A stretch of DNA of 64,000 nt from Eledone cirrhosa (GCA_964016885.1 OZ024753.1:2480001-2544000); one strand, 5' to 3'; positions 29,309-43,936 are shown, numbered from the stretch's first letter. Notes: generated by a model from the letters alone, not told the origin. Program-made: numbers and translations.

Positions 29309-29496
29309 TGAGTGGTAAGAGAAAAGGTGATGCATTATGTGCTTGAGCAAGACACTTTATTTCACGTTGCTCTTTCTACCTGGAGTTGCAACCGATAGAT
29401 AGTATAAACAATTGGAAAGACCCATGTAAACATTGTTTCCTCGGTCCGATTTGATGAAAGTCGATCGAATGACAGTAGATCTACCAACTCATAATA
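29309..29496 (+). mobile_element. S3 SINE, right copy (head partly deleted), head-to-head with the left copy
   Basis: Inverted homolog of 29070-29307. Confidence 0.85.
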
Positions 29497-29591
29497 TTAT
29501 AAAATTAAATCAAATTGTTTAGAACTACAAGTGAAGTCATTCTTTTCCTTTTTTCAAATATACCTAACTGTACCAAGGATTTCATACATTT

Positions 29592-29652
<61 letters not shown>

Positions 29653-29655
<3 letters not shown>

Positions 29656-29993
29656 GGCACATGGCTTAGTGGTTAGAGCATTGGCCTTGCAATCGAAAGG
29701 TTGTGAGTTCAATTCTCAGACCGGGTGATGTGTTGTTTCCTTGAGCAAGACACTTTATTTCACATTGCTCCAGTTTACTCAGCCGTAGAAATGAGATGAT
29801 AGGGACCGGGGTCCATATCATTCCACTGCAAAGTGGATGTGTAGGCGCCATGGCAAAAAAGCACCCAGCACTCACTGTAAATGAGGTTGGTGTTAGGAAG
29901 GGCATCCAGCTGTAGAAATCAAGCCAGAATCAGTTCCCATCCCACCCTTGCAAGCAGGGAAAAGCAGATGTAAAATGAAATGATGATGATGAT
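29653..29993 (+). mobile_element. Full-length S1 SINE
   Basis: Highly similar to 13190-13518; inserted in (TA)n. Confidence 0.94.
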
Positions 29994-30941
29994 ATATATA
30001 TATCCTGGGTATATTGTGTATTAGTTAATCAACCAACAATAGTGGTTGATTAGAGCACTTGATGAAGCACTAGTTTGAGGAGCCTGCAGGGTTGGGAAAT
30101 ACTAATATTTAAAAAATTTGACTGTTAATTGTTCAAGCTAGTCCCCACTCATTTTACTGTCACCTAGCTCTGTTGCCACCACACCCATAAGTAGAAACAG
30201 TTTCTACTAGTTCTATTGTATTGAAGATAAAATAAAGCATTAACTAGACATTATGTAGAAGTAAATATATGGGTAACATAACTTGAATAAATACCCTTGG
30301 AATATATTGAATACAGTTTGATCTAATAGTCTATTTTTGAGAACAATGTACCCATATATCTGCAAACTGATCTATTGAAATTCAAAGACATACATAGATA
30401 TGAAATACAGCATAGATAAGTGTATAGCTTTCTATGTTAATCAAATGCAGTTTTACTTTGAAGACAGCATTCAATTAAATATTTTTGTATCTTCCCTTAT
30501 AAATTCATGCCTTGGAAGGTTTTATCCTGTCAAGTAAATCATACAAAAAGAGAACTCCATTTGCAAAAGAAAGATTTATTACATTGAGATACTGTATCTA
30601 TGAATAGGAGATATCTTCAATAGATTTGCAGTAGGCAACATAAGCTTATAACATTAACACAAACTTTTGGTAATTGACAGTTTAACTTATATGTAATTGT
30701 ATAATATATCTTTTGATATAAAAACACCTAGAACTATCTCTGGTTCTATTTTCCAAAACTGTTTGTTTTAAATTTTTTATATTTATCCAAAAACCTCCCA
30801 TGTTTTTATGTAAGAACCTTCAAGATATTTTGCAAACAGTAGTTTAATGCAACAGTTAGTTGTTTTACCATTGCCTTCCAACTTCTTGCTTACTTTCAAA
30901 CATATTTGAAAATAATAGGCAATGTATTTCATAAGAAATAG

Positions 30942-31064
30942 GATAATGAAAGCGTTAAGTGTATCATCATCATAACACAGATTTTAAGATGTGAAGGTGA
31001 ATCACTAAAGAACTGTGACAGACTTCAGAGTGATGGCGTATTGAATGAAGGTGATATAGGACAG
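30942..31064 (+). other. Possible exon (123 nt, one frame open)
   Basis: Good donor ACAG|GTATGT, weak acceptor; DNESVKCIIIITQILRCEGESLKNCDRLQSDGVLNEGDIGQ, no recognised homology. Confidence 0.2.
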
Positions 31065-32192
31065 GTATGTTTTATACTCTTGTCAAATTAGAAACACAAT
31101 TGTTAATGATGTTTTATAATTATCTAGATGTTTGATTGTATATTAACCCTTTCCTTATGACATTTCTGATGAACAACACTGCATATAAAATCATATTGGA
31201 AATAATCAAGACTATGGTGAGATAATAAAAATAACCTCATTATTAAGCAGGGTTTTGGAATATAACTTAACAAAGATAAACAGTTTTGTATCTTAGAAGA
31301 GACAGTTTCAAACAATTTTATCAAATGGTTTAATATTGATTTGGTAAATAGTCACAAGATCAGCTATTTGTGGGAGAGGAGTATAGCCAATTGAAGCAGT
31401 CTCATTACAGAACGAGTCCTTATTTTATCAACGTCAGAGAAATACAAGGTACACCCTACAGGTATTTGAATTGAAACAAAATATTTATAGATAATTAGTT
31501 AATTACTTTACTATCTCTGCCACTTCATCATATTGGATATTAATATTAATTATTCTGTTTTGCAGATGAAATGACCTTTCTGTTTCATTATATGCACAAC
31601 ATCCAACCCTGATATTTTGTCATGAAATAACAAGCCAAATTAACTAGCTCCATTCCTCTACTTCTCTTTCTTTCCATCCTCTTTTCATTTATTCTATTGT
31701 TAAATCCCCAGACTCTGCATCAATCATATTGTCTAAACACTCTGTTCATGTTTTCCTACAAGCATCAACTTATAAAATTTAAAGATTGATCTCACCAGTC
31801 TAGAAAGTCCTCCAAATTTTATTATTACTGATATTCTATCAACTAATTAATGAAGAAATGTGTTAGATCAAGTTTGAAAAATAGCATCCAGCACTAGGGA
31901 AAATCAATTTCTTTAGTTTCTGTTCAGTTGAAATTTAATCAATGGTTATCTTTTCCCATAAACTTTTTAAATATGATTTCTCATACATACAAATATATCT
32001 AGTGTGACACAATATCAGATACAAATCAAATTTGATTATCATTGGTTGCACCAATAAAATATTTTAGAGTTTTCTACTAGAAGCTGTATTTCGTCCAGCA
32101 TTCAGCAATAGAAACTAAAAAATAAAATATTACAGTGGTATATATTCAATTAATGTTTTTCAATAATAATTGAATATTATTATTTATTGTAA

Positions 32193-32380
32193 GACGGTGG
32201 ATTGGCAGTATTGGTAGAGGGTCGGATGCGATGCTTTGCAGCAAAGAGTTGCGGCCCTTTATTGTCTGAGTTCAAATCCCATCGAGTTTAACTTTACACT
32301 TCATCCTTAAGGGGTCGATAAAATAAAGTACTTGGTAATTGCACTGGGTAATTGCTGGCCTTGTGCCAAAAGTAGAAACA
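32193..32380 (+). mobile_element. S2 SINE with 14-bp TSD attatttattgtaa
   Basis: TSD at 32179-32192 and 32381-32394; B box gagttcaaatcc. Confidence 0.92.
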
Positions 32381-32939
32381 ATTATTTATTGTAATTAAAC
32401 AATTATTAGATATACTGGTTCTAATTTAGCCATAAGACCAGAAAATTTGGAAGCAAAGTTGATTACATCAACCCCAGTAATAACTAGACTGGTACCTTAT
32501 ATCATCAACCCTCTGAAATATGAAAAGTTAAGTTGGCCTTGGCAGGATATGAACTCAGGAAAAAGACGCAACAATTACTGGGATAGTATTGATCCAGGGC
32601 CACCTGAAGGTTCTTTCTTCTTCCAAGGTAAGACTTCTCTCCCCTCTTCACTGGCAATCAACATATAGCCAGTACTCCTTTCCCTATTCCCAGCCTAGCT
32701 TCCCAGTTGTGCAGCCCATCTGGCCCAGACAGGTTTCGAAAATAGGCCTCTGATGATCTATACCCTCCTGCTATACCTCCTACTTGGTGTAACTTTCTAA
32801 CATTGATCTCTCACTGTATGATGCCACTGTATGATGCCACCTTGACACTTGCTCTTTCATCTTACTTTCATCATTGCCTCTATAACTGAACAAAGGGCAC
32901 AATGAGCATTCAAACGTCATAATGAGGGAGCTCAATTGA

Positions 32940-33362
32940 CATATAAAAATGCAGTCTACCCTAAAGAAGAGACATGCTAGTTCTATGACAAAAGGCACCC
33001 AGTTCACATTGTCTGAGGGCTCTGCTGGTACTGTAACAAAAAGCATGTGGTCCACTCTTGTAAGGTGTTCATACTTGTGCCATGACAAAAAGCATCCACT
33101 TCCACCATTAAAGTGGTTGTACTGGTGCTCAACTAAAAAGCACTCATTCTGTCTTAGATGGCGGTGCAAGGGCCATGACAAAAAACTACCAGTACACACT
33201 GTAAGGCATTTGACATTAAGAAATGTGCCATACATAGAAAACCAAGCCATAAAATGGTGCATATGAACAAAATATTATGACCTGCTCTGTCTAGCCTCAT
33301 AACCTAACAGCCAATCGAACCCATGCTAACATGGATAAGGATGTTAAATAGTGATGATGATG
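32940..33362 (+). mobile_element. Old RTE/SINE 3' end with degenerate ~45-50-bp internal tandem units
   Basis: Repeated ccatgacaaaaagca... units, then cacactgtaa..tagaaaacc..cccatgctaacatgga..gttaaa..(gat)n. Confidence 0.7.
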
Positions 33363-35983
33363 TGATCAGCACACCTTGTTTCAGTATTTGTCATGCCCAG
33401 TGAAATTTAAATGAGGATTAAAATGTTTTTTGTTTTATTTTAGGATTGTTATTGTTTCTCCAGAAAACAAAAGTTCAATACAAAAAAAATGAGAGAAACA
33501 AATAGAAAACATAGTTTATTTACCAAATAATTTCTTACGAGTGAGAAAAAGATAGAAGTTGGATAACTGATGTGGGATTGACTATTGTTATAAAAGAAAG
33601 CTCTGTTTGGAATAGAATGGAAATTTAAAAAATATTCTTTGAAGAAAGAGCAAATTTCGAGGAAATAAAAAAAATGAAAGTGAAAATAGTTTTGAAGTAG
33701 GTGTTTTCAACAAATAAGTGTACTGAAGTACAACTAATAGTCTTTCTTGATACACATTTATTTGCTCAATTTGACTCTTGATTTTGCAGCAATTTTTACG
33801 AGAGGAAGAAAGCAAACATGAAAAAATAAGTAGGAGGATTAAAGTAAAAATGTACATGACACAACAAAAAGATAGATAGACGGCTAGATAGATACATAGA
33901 GGGACAAGAAAATATACTGATAGACACAGACAGGCAGACATGCAGGAAGAATGAAAAAGAAAGAGAAAAATACAGACAAAAATTTGTCTGCAGAAGAAAG
34001 ATGGACAAATAAATCTATACAGTATAGACAGAATTTAAATGTCAATGTGAGTAATAGAAATTCAGATATATTGTTTCTTCATAAAAATAGAGATATATGT
34101 ATAACATATGTTTAAATTAGAAAAGAGTATCTTGGGAATCACAGATACTTAAATGCAAGAATAATCAAATCTTAATACATGAAAGAAAGGATTTGGAGAG
34201 GGTGAAAAAGAAAAGAAAAATATATTTCCTTTCAGCTGGAATAATAATGTCTATCATGAGAGATTTTGAAGGAGATCTTACAAGGAATATCTTCAGATAT
34301 GAGGGCATTGAATATAGAAGATATTAATGTTAGATGATATTCTGAGAAAAGCCACATGGTTCCATGCATTTGGCTATGTTTCTATTCAGTTTAAGTGGAT
34401 AGAGCCTACTAAGCAGGAGAAAAACAATAATCCATTAATAGTTATCTAAGTTTGGCCTAGAATCTAGAATTGTTTTTAAAGCAATAACTCAGGTATGATA
34501 CAAGTGTAATACATTTTTGGTTCATTGAGTTGCTGGGAACATTATCTTATTACAGTTGTTCTTTAGACAACTTTCTTTCCAGCTATATCTGGCCAACATC
34601 TCTTCAAAGTCACTGAATACTATTTAAACTTGCTGGTTTCTTTTTAAGTTTTCTAAGATTGATAACAAATACTTGTTGATATTTTTTCACCATCTGTGTT
34701 TCATTTTAATGTTATACACGTATATATATTATTTTGTCCTTTACAGCATGGAAAAACTTACATTAAAAGTGTTGGTATTGGCCCAGATACTATATTGTCA
34801 GGGGTTCAAATTTAATACACCTTTTGAGTTGAAAATCTGGGTTAAATGCTCAACTCAGCAAGTATACTTTTCTACTTTTATGTTAGATAATTCACTATGA
34901 AAAATTCTTTCTACGTTTGTCTTCTAAATTATTAGTTGTTCAACTGTTATTTTCTAATTTGAATATCATATTATATAAAATATATCTTGTTGCTGCTATA
35001 TTTTATGCTGATTTACAAAATGATTTTCAATGATATATTTATTTTTTGTAGATTAGTCTCAACTTATATATAATTATTAACTTGATTTTTATCAAAACTA
35101 TATTAATACTTTGATGCATTTCCTAAGTTTTAAATCATGTGTTTTGGACTCTGTGAGTTACATTGAAATTGAAGTTATTAGTCTTGATGTTTAGCCCCAG
35201 GTGAGTCATGATATTGTAAACCTATGGATCAAAGATATGCCAGTTTGATCATACTGTCTTTAATTCAACCCCAGATCAGCCCTGATACAGCATGAACCAC
35301 CTGCTGTTTATTCTAGCATAGTGCATCTAGGACTAAATTATCTAATGTAGATGGCATTAGTGGCTCTATCTGCTGTTGTTTAGCCTTAGGTAAACTCAGA
35401 TCAAGCAGACTTATGATGAAAGTTGTAGCCCTCTTATTCAGACACAGTGAATCTGGAACTACATTAATTAATTTATAGTAGTTAATATTACTTGTTACTG
35501 TTGCCATTTTGCCCTAGATCAACAATATTTATAACCAATCAGCTGTTTTAAGCTTGACAAACTGAAAGAAAGCCAAAGGTTTGAGGGGTGGGGTAAGTCA
35601 ATGAAATTACCCCAGAAATATATTGGTACTTTATTGTAGTAACCACAGATGGATGAAAGGCAAAGTTGATCTCTGAGATTTGAATTTGGAATGTAAAGAT
35701 CAATAGCTGAATTCTGCAAAGCATTTTCACTGATGTTCTAATGATTCAGCCAATCACCATACTTCTAGTAGCATATCATAATGGATGTAATATGTCTTAG
35801 CTACACAATCATGTGATCATTAGTACAGCTTCATAACCTCTCGGCCAGAATATTTCAAAACATATTATGTCCTATCAACACTGCTGTATATTCTCTGTAA
35901 TTTAGCAAATATCTTTAGCATTTGTACATACTTCTCTTTCCAACGCTTTCTTTGGTGCACACCTTATTATCAAAGCTTATATA

Positions 35984-36542
35984 GGGTGGTGGATTGGCAG
36001 TATCGGTAGAGGGTCGGACGCCATGCTTTCCAGCATAGTTACGTCCCTTTACGATCTGAGTTCAAATCCCGCCGAGGTTGACTTTGGCTTTCATCCTTAC
36101 GGGGTCGATAAAATAAAGTACCAGTAATGCACTGGGTAATTGCTGGCCTTGTGCCTAAAGTAGAAACAATTATTATCAAAGGGCGGTGGATTGGCAGTAT
36201 CGGGAGAGGGTCTGACGCCATGCTTTGCAGCAAAGAGTTATGGCCCTTGCCATTCTGAGTTCAAATCCCGCCGAGGTTAACTTTGCCTTTCATCTTTACG
36301 GGGTCGATAAAATAAAGTACCAGTAATACACTGGGATAATTGCTGGCCTTGTGCCAAAAAGTAGAAACAATTATTATCAAAGCTTATTTTATCGACCCTG
36401 TAAGGATGAAAGGCAAAGTTAACCTCAGTGAGTTCAAATCCCGCCGAGGTTAACTTTGCCTTTCATCCTTACGGGGTTGATAAAATAAAGCACCAGTAAT
36501 ACACTGGGATAATTGCTGGCCTTGTGCCAAAAGTAGAAACAT
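35984..36542 (+). mobile_element. Three serial S2 SINEs (two full, one truncated with a 5' inverted segment)
   Basis: Copies at 35984-36169, 36181-36370 and 36385-36542, separated by repeats of ttattatcaaa(gctta). Confidence 0.93.
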
Positions 36543-37214
36543 TTATTATCAAAGCTTACATATTTTACCATTATAGCTCACTTAGTCACATCTTTCCAAC
36601 TTCTTTTGTCTTATGGCAAACTATATTTGCTACAATGTAGATAACTATAGTTCAGTCTGTATTTACACCCTATCTACAATGATTTGTATATATATATAGA
36701 GGTTCACCACATGAATTTACCTTTTACAGCGGATTTTCTAGCAGAATGTCCTACTTTCCAAATGTTACATTTTTCTATCTAGTTTATTCTTATTGATTTT
36801 TTTTTTATACATAAGCACAAATCCCATGAGTTTAAAGCTTAATACAATGCTAGACAAATCCTAGTGCCAGGAGCTTACTTCTATGCTATAACACTCACAC
36901 GTGATTTACCATTATTAAACTTGCAGGCACTGTCATTTTGGCATATGTTTTCATTAGATAGGACTAATTCTTAGAAAACAAACGCCTAAGATTAGTTGGG
37001 ATTTTAAATTATTTACTGTCACAAAAAATGAATATATATTCTGTAATGTAATATTTGAATAGTGAAGAAAAAATTACTTGATAACATTTCTTGTGGGTAT
37101 TAGTATTTTTGTCGAATTTGCATCTTTGTTATTTAAGTTGTTTTTAATCTGTCTCTATGTATATATGTATAAATATATTTATGAATGCATATATACATAT
37201 AATATATATATAAG

Positions 37215-38097
37215 AGAGTATTGAAGTTTGCTTGAAGTATTGTGAAATAATAAAAAATTTGGTCGTTTTGGAAGCCTCAACAATGCAGATGGGTAAATCT
37301 CCGGGTAACAGAATCCGGTGGTGAAGAGAGAGATGAAAGAGGAAATGTTGAATGAGACGTATAGTGTGGAGAGGAACGTAGGAAAGAGTGTAAAAATAAA
37401 AATAACAACACGAGATAGTTACTTTGGGAGAGATTTAATTGTCCCTATATTTCGGATTTTGCATCCATCAACTGGGGGTTTTCTGAGGGGAAAGTTATCT
37501 GTTGGAGAGGAACGGTACGTGGCCTCTGTTATCCGCTGTTTGTGTGCAACTGAGATATTCTGTAGAGCACGCATGCACGCGGGATAGGTGTGGTCAAGCA
37601 ACGGTCGAGGCAGTTCCTCTTTACTGTGGGAGTGGGATGGTCCTTCGCTGTCAATCCATTGTACTACCTATATTCAGTCTTTCATACTGGCAATGTTGGT
37701 AGTCTACCTGGTTGTCGCTTGTTGGTCAGTGGATGGTGTGGGCGCTATACACACAATAACAATCGTTTGAATGCCTGTGTGTGTGTGTTGTTGTCTCGTT
37801 TGCAACCACTACTATATCGGTAGCACAATCCGGCCACTACATATCCGGATCAAGGAGCACATCAACACCAGGGCCTCGTCTTCCGGAAACACATAACCAA
37901 ATGCGGAAACAAAGACGGAAGGCCCATTGTCACAGTGTTAGCGACAGAATGTTACGAATCAAGGAAGCACATTCGATCAAACCTAGGACCACAAATAAAT
38001 AACCGATCCGAGAGAAGCAAGACCAGGTGGCTGGTGTAAACAAACGAGACAACAGCACATGCACACACAGTGGCATTCAAATGATTGTTATTGTGTA
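37215..38097 (+). mobile_element. Penelope-like relic: inverted pLTR + GIY-YIG 3' fragment + start of direct pLTR
   Basis: From 37801 encodes CNHYYIGSTIRPLHIRIKEHINTRASS..KH..LRIKEA; ~55-bp inverted repeats at 37748-37802 and 38041-38097; decayed hammerhead on the minus strand at 37443-37478. Confidence 0.8.
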
Positions 38098-38229
38098 TAT
38101 ATATATATGTGTATATATATGTGTATGTATATATATGTGTATATATGTATATATATGTATATATATATATATGTATATGTATATATATGTATATGTATAT
38201 ATATGTATATATATATATATGTATATATG

Positions 38230-38280
<51 letters not shown>

Positions 38281-38429
38281 GTATATATGTATATATATAT
38301 ATATATGTATATATGTATATATATATGTATATGTATATATATATGTATATATATATGTATGTGTATATATATATGTGTATATATATGTGTATATATATAT
38401 GTATATATATATATGTATATATATATATG

Positions 38430-38494
<65 letters not shown>

Positions 38495-38501
38495 GTATAT
38501 G

Positions 38502-38532
<31 letters not shown>

Positions 38533-39071
38533 GTATATGTATATATATGTATATGTATATGTATATATATATATATGTATAGATGTATATGTATATGTAT
38601 ATATATATATATGTATAGATGTATATGTATATGTGTATATATATATATGTATAGATGTATATATATATATATGTATATATATATGTGTATATATATATAT
38701 GTATAGATGTATATATATATATGTGTATATATATATATGTATAGATGTATATATATATATGTGTATATATATATATGTATAGATGTATATATATATATGT
38801 ATATATATATGTGTATATATATATATGTATAGATGTATATATATATATGTATATATATATGTGTATATATATATATGTATAGATGTATATATATATATGT
38901 ATATATATATGTGTATATATATATATATGTATAGATGTATATATATATATGTATATATATATGTGTATATATATATATATGTATGGATGTATATATATAT
39001 ATATGTGTATATATATATATGTATAGATGTATATGTATATATGTATATATATATATGTATATGTATATATG

Positions 39072-39134
<63 letters not shown>

Positions 39135-39179
39135 GTATATGTATATATATATGTGTATATATGTATATATGTATATATG

Positions 39180-39242
<63 letters not shown>

Positions 39243-39582
39243 GTATATGTATATATATATGTGTATATATATATATATGTATAGATGTATATATATATAT
39301 GTATATATATATGTGTATATATATATATGTATAGATGTATATGTATATATGTATATGTATAGATGTATATGTATATATGTATATGTATAGATGTATATGT
39401 ATATATGTATATATATAGATGTATATGTATATATGTATATGTATAGATGTATATGTATATATGTATATGTATATATATGTATATGTATATATGTATATGT
39501 ATATATATATATGTATATATGTATATGTATATATATATATGTATATATATATGTATATATATATATGTATATATATATATAT
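38098..39582. repeat. Compound (TA)/(TG) array with gtatagat variant
   Basis: Visible. Confidence 0.97.
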
Positions 39583-39924
39583 GGAGGCACATGGCTTAGT
39601 GGTTAGAGCATTGGCCTTGCAATCGAAAGGTTGTGAGTTCAATTCTCAGACCGGGTGATGTGTTGTTTCCTTGAGCAAGACACTTTATTTCACATTGCTC
39701 CAGTTTACTCAGCTGTAGAAATGAGATGATAGGGACTGGGGTCCATATCATTCCACTGCAAAGTGGTCGTGGAGGTGCCACGGCAAAAAGGCACCCATCA
39801 CTCACTGTAAATAAGGTTGGTGTTAGGAAGGGCATCCAGCTGTAGAAATCAAGCCAGAATCAGTTCCCGTCCCACCCTTGCGAGCAGGGAAAAGTGGACG
39901 TAAAATGAAATGATGATGATGATG
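39583..39924 (+). mobile_element. Full-length S1 SINE
   Basis: As 13190-13518. Confidence 0.94.
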
Positions 39925-39954
39925 TATATATATATGTGTGTGTGTATATATATA

Positions 39955-39985
<31 letters not shown>

Positions 39986-40034
39986 GTGTGTATATATATA
40001 TATGTGTGTATATATATATGTGTATATATATATA

Positions 40035-40081
<47 letters not shown>

Positions 40082-40580
40082 ATATATATATGTGTGTGTA
40101 TATATATATATATGTGTGTGTATATATATATATATATGTGTGTGTATATATATATATATATGTGTGTGTATATATATATATATATGTGTGTGTATATATA
40201 TATATGTGTGTGTGTATATATATGTGTGTGTGTATATATATGTGTGTGTGTATATATATGTGTGTGTGTATATATATGTGTGTGTGTGTATATGTGTGTG
40301 TATATATATATGTGTATATATATATATATATATATGTGTGTATATATATGTGTGTATATATATGTGTGTGTGTATATATATGTGTGTATATATGTGTGTG
40401 TATATATATATATGCGTGTATATATATATATATGTGTGTATATATATATATATGTGTGTATATATATATATATGTGTGTATATATATATGTGTGTATATA
40501 TATATATGTGTGTATATATATATGTGTGTATATATATATGTGTGTGTGTATATATATATATGTGTGTATATATATATATA

Positions 40581-40611
<31 letters not shown>

Positions 40612-40736
40612 GTGTGTATATATATATATATATATGTGTGTATATATATATATATATATGTGTGTGTATATATATATATGTGTGTGTATATATGTGTGTG
40701 TGTGTGTATATATATATGTGTGTATATATATATATA

Positions 40737-40767
<31 letters not shown>

Positions 40768-40786
40768 GTGTGTATATATATATATA

Positions 40787-40861
<75 letters not shown>

Positions 40862-40870
40862 ATATATATA

Positions 40871-40915
<45 letters not shown>

Positions 40916-40978
40916 ATATATATATATATGTGTGTGTGTGTATATATATATATATATGTGTGTGTGTATATATATATG
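39925..40978. repeat. Compound (TA)n(TG)n array
   Basis: Visible. Confidence 0.97.
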
Positions 40979-41298
40979 TCATCATTTCATTTCATTTTAC
41001 GTCCACTTTTCCCTGCTTGCAAGGGTGGGACGGGAACTGATTCTGGCTAGATTTCTACAGCTGGATGCCCTCCCAGTGAGTGTTGGGTGCTTTTTTGCCG
41101 TTGCACGTCCACGACCACTTTGCAGTGGAATGATAGGGACCCCAGTCCCTATCATCTCATTTCTACAGCTGAGTAAACTGGAGCAATGTGAAATAAAGTC
41201 TCTTGCTCAAGGAAACAACACATCACCCGGTCTGAGAATTGAACTCGAAACCTTTCTATTGCAAGGCCAATACTCTAACCACTAAGCCATGTGCCCCC
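40979..41298 (-). mobile_element. S1 SINE with a small internal deletion
   Basis: Reverse complement of S1, lacking the taaatgaggttggtgtta segment. Confidence 0.93.
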
Positions 41299-41301
41299 AT
41301 G

Positions 41302-41376
<75 letters not shown>

Positions 41377-41378
41377 AT

Positions 41379-43936
41379 ATTCTTTTACCTGTTCCAGCCA
41401 TCCGGCTGAGGCCATGCTGGGGCACCGCCCTTGTTGCTACACATTTTATCTCCAGCCTGTATAGGTTGGCCACTGGTGTAAGAGGGCGTTTGTTGCTGCT
41501 GCCCTTAGATTTCCCTCGTGTCTTGCTGTGGGCTCATCCGGGATCCTGGATAACAAGATGTCGAGATGTTTCTTGAAGACATCCACCTCCACGACATACA
41601 AATCTCTCGGATCCCTCGGCAGCTTGTTGAAGAGTTGAGGGCCCTTGAATCCCAGGCTATTGCAATACCTGCTTCTTATTCTAGATGTGGAAGACGGGAC
41701 CTTTGGCACCACACAGTGACGTCCTGTTCAACGGTTGGTCCAGCTCCCAATGCCAAAGTTTGGTGCTAGTCCCTCCAGGATTTTCCACATGTAGATCACT
41801 GCATATCTCTCCCGTCTTCGCTCCAAGGAGTAGAGGTTCAGTTCCTTTAGCCTCTCCCAGTAGCTTGTCTCCCTCATCTTGGCAATCCTCTTGGTGTAGC
41901 TTCGCTGGATTGCCTCAAGCTCCGTGGTTAGTTTGACACTATGGGGTGACCACAACTGGGAGCAGTAGTCCAGGCGGCTTAGGACAAATGTCCTCCATAG
42001 TGTCAACATGGTGTCTCGATCTCTTGTCCGGAAAGTCCTCAAGATCCAGCCAGCGAGTCGTCTGCACATTGTCGCCACTTTCATGATGTGTGAAGAAAAA
42101 GATGCATCATTGCTCATGTCTATGCCCATGTCTCGTATCGATTTTGACACGGGGATATCGGTCCCTCCTGGTCCTGTGTAGTTGTGTTCCACTATATTTG
42201 TGTTTGCAGGTTTGTAGGGCTTGGAATTTGCCAGCATTAAACTGCATGTTGTTTTCTTCCGCCCATCTGTATATGGCATCCAGATCCTGCTGTAAAAGGG
42301 CAGCGTCAGCCGGGTTTTTGATTGCCTGTGCTACCTTAGTGTCATCAGCATAGCTAGTGAGGGATGTTGTTGTATGTACTACAGCGGGCATGTCTGAGAG
42401 AGCCACCAAAAACAGTAGTGGTCCCAGGACTATCCCCTGGGGCACCCCACTTGTTATTGGTGTTTCCTTTGAGAGAGCCCCATTTGCTGCGACTGCCTGG
42501 CTTCTGTCCCTTAGGAAGCCATGCAGCCACTCACCTACTTTTCCAGTTATGCCGAGTCCGTGTAGTTTGTGACATATCATTCCGTAGTCGACCTTGTCAA
42601 AGGCCTTCGCAAATTCAAGATATATCACGTCCACATGTGAGCTGTCTAGTAGTTGTCTCAGTACCCAGTCGTAGTGATGTAGCAGCTGTGTAAGGCAGCT
42701 TCTTCCTGGGCGGAAGCCATGTTGCGTGCTAGTCAGGCGGTCATTTTCCTTGAGGAAAGTGATCAGTTTCTTTCTGACGACTCGCTCCATGACCTTACTG
42801 ATATGCGACGTCAGGGAGACTGGCCTATAGTTTTTGGCCTCCGCTCTGCTACCTCCTTTATGGATAGGGCATATTGTGCCTTCTTTCAGCTCCCTGGGTA
42901 GTACACCGCTAGCCAAGGAGCTTCTGAAGAGCATCTTCAGTGGAGTTGCTAAGGCCTGCTTACATATTTTTAAGAGAACTGCTGGGAATCCATCAGGTCC
43001 AGCAGCCGAGTCTGTTCTAATTTCATCAATGGCGTACACCACATCCTCCTCCATTATGTCTATGTGGTTGATGGTCGCCATTTCTTCATGTAGTGTTGTG
43101 GCATCAAAGAACTTCTCTGGCTTCGTTATTTGCATGTGCCTCAGTGGACATGTGAACACACTTTTGTACTGTTTGTTCAGTATTTCACATATCTCATGGG
43201 GGTTTTCGGTTAATGAACCGTCCGTATGCAAGAGTGGCCCAATCTTGCAGTGTACTGAGGCAGTTTCTTTTGCAAATTTAAAGAAGGCCTTAGGGTTTGT
43301 TTTAATGTTTTCTATGGCCCTGTTCTCTTTCTTTTCCCTCTCATTCTCATGGGAAAGCTTCAGTGCAATCTCGGTGCCAAGTAATGCACATTTCAAATAG
43401 GATTCCTTCTTGTTTTTGTTTTGTTGACTATTCAACTGGTTTGAGAGTTTGGTTCTATGTCTCATAAGGATTTTCCTATCTCTGGGAATAAGATTTTTGC
43501 ATATAGTGTATATCGTTGTCATGAAGTGTTGAAATTGTGTGTTAGTGTCTTGTGTGGAGGTGTTTTCACTCCACGTTTGCTTCCGGATTTCTCTCTCAAT
43601 CTATTTCCAGTTAGCCTTGTAGAAGTTAAGGCTGGATAACGTCCCGGAGCTTCTTGGTGGTTTTGTCTCTGTTGGTTCTCTTGGACCACATATCATTAGC
43701 TCTACTAAGTTATGATCCGAGAGAATTGTTGGTGTCACCTTTACATTGTGGATGAGCACTTCGTTGTTTGTAAAACAGAGGTCCAGGACATTTTCGCCTC
43801 TTGTTGGGAGGAGTATTGCTTGCTCCATGAACAGCCTGTGTGTGAGGGCCAGCAGGGATTCCATCTGTCTCTGTCCTATTGATGTCATTCCAGGGAGGAG
43901 GTGGCCCTCAGGCCATTTGACCTTTGGTAGGTTGTA
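41379..43936 (-). mobile_element. 5'-truncated, frameshifted CR1-group LINE (end of APE, RT, 3' UTR)
   Basis: [83 protein letters not shown]; TA arrays at both ends. Confidence 0.93.
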
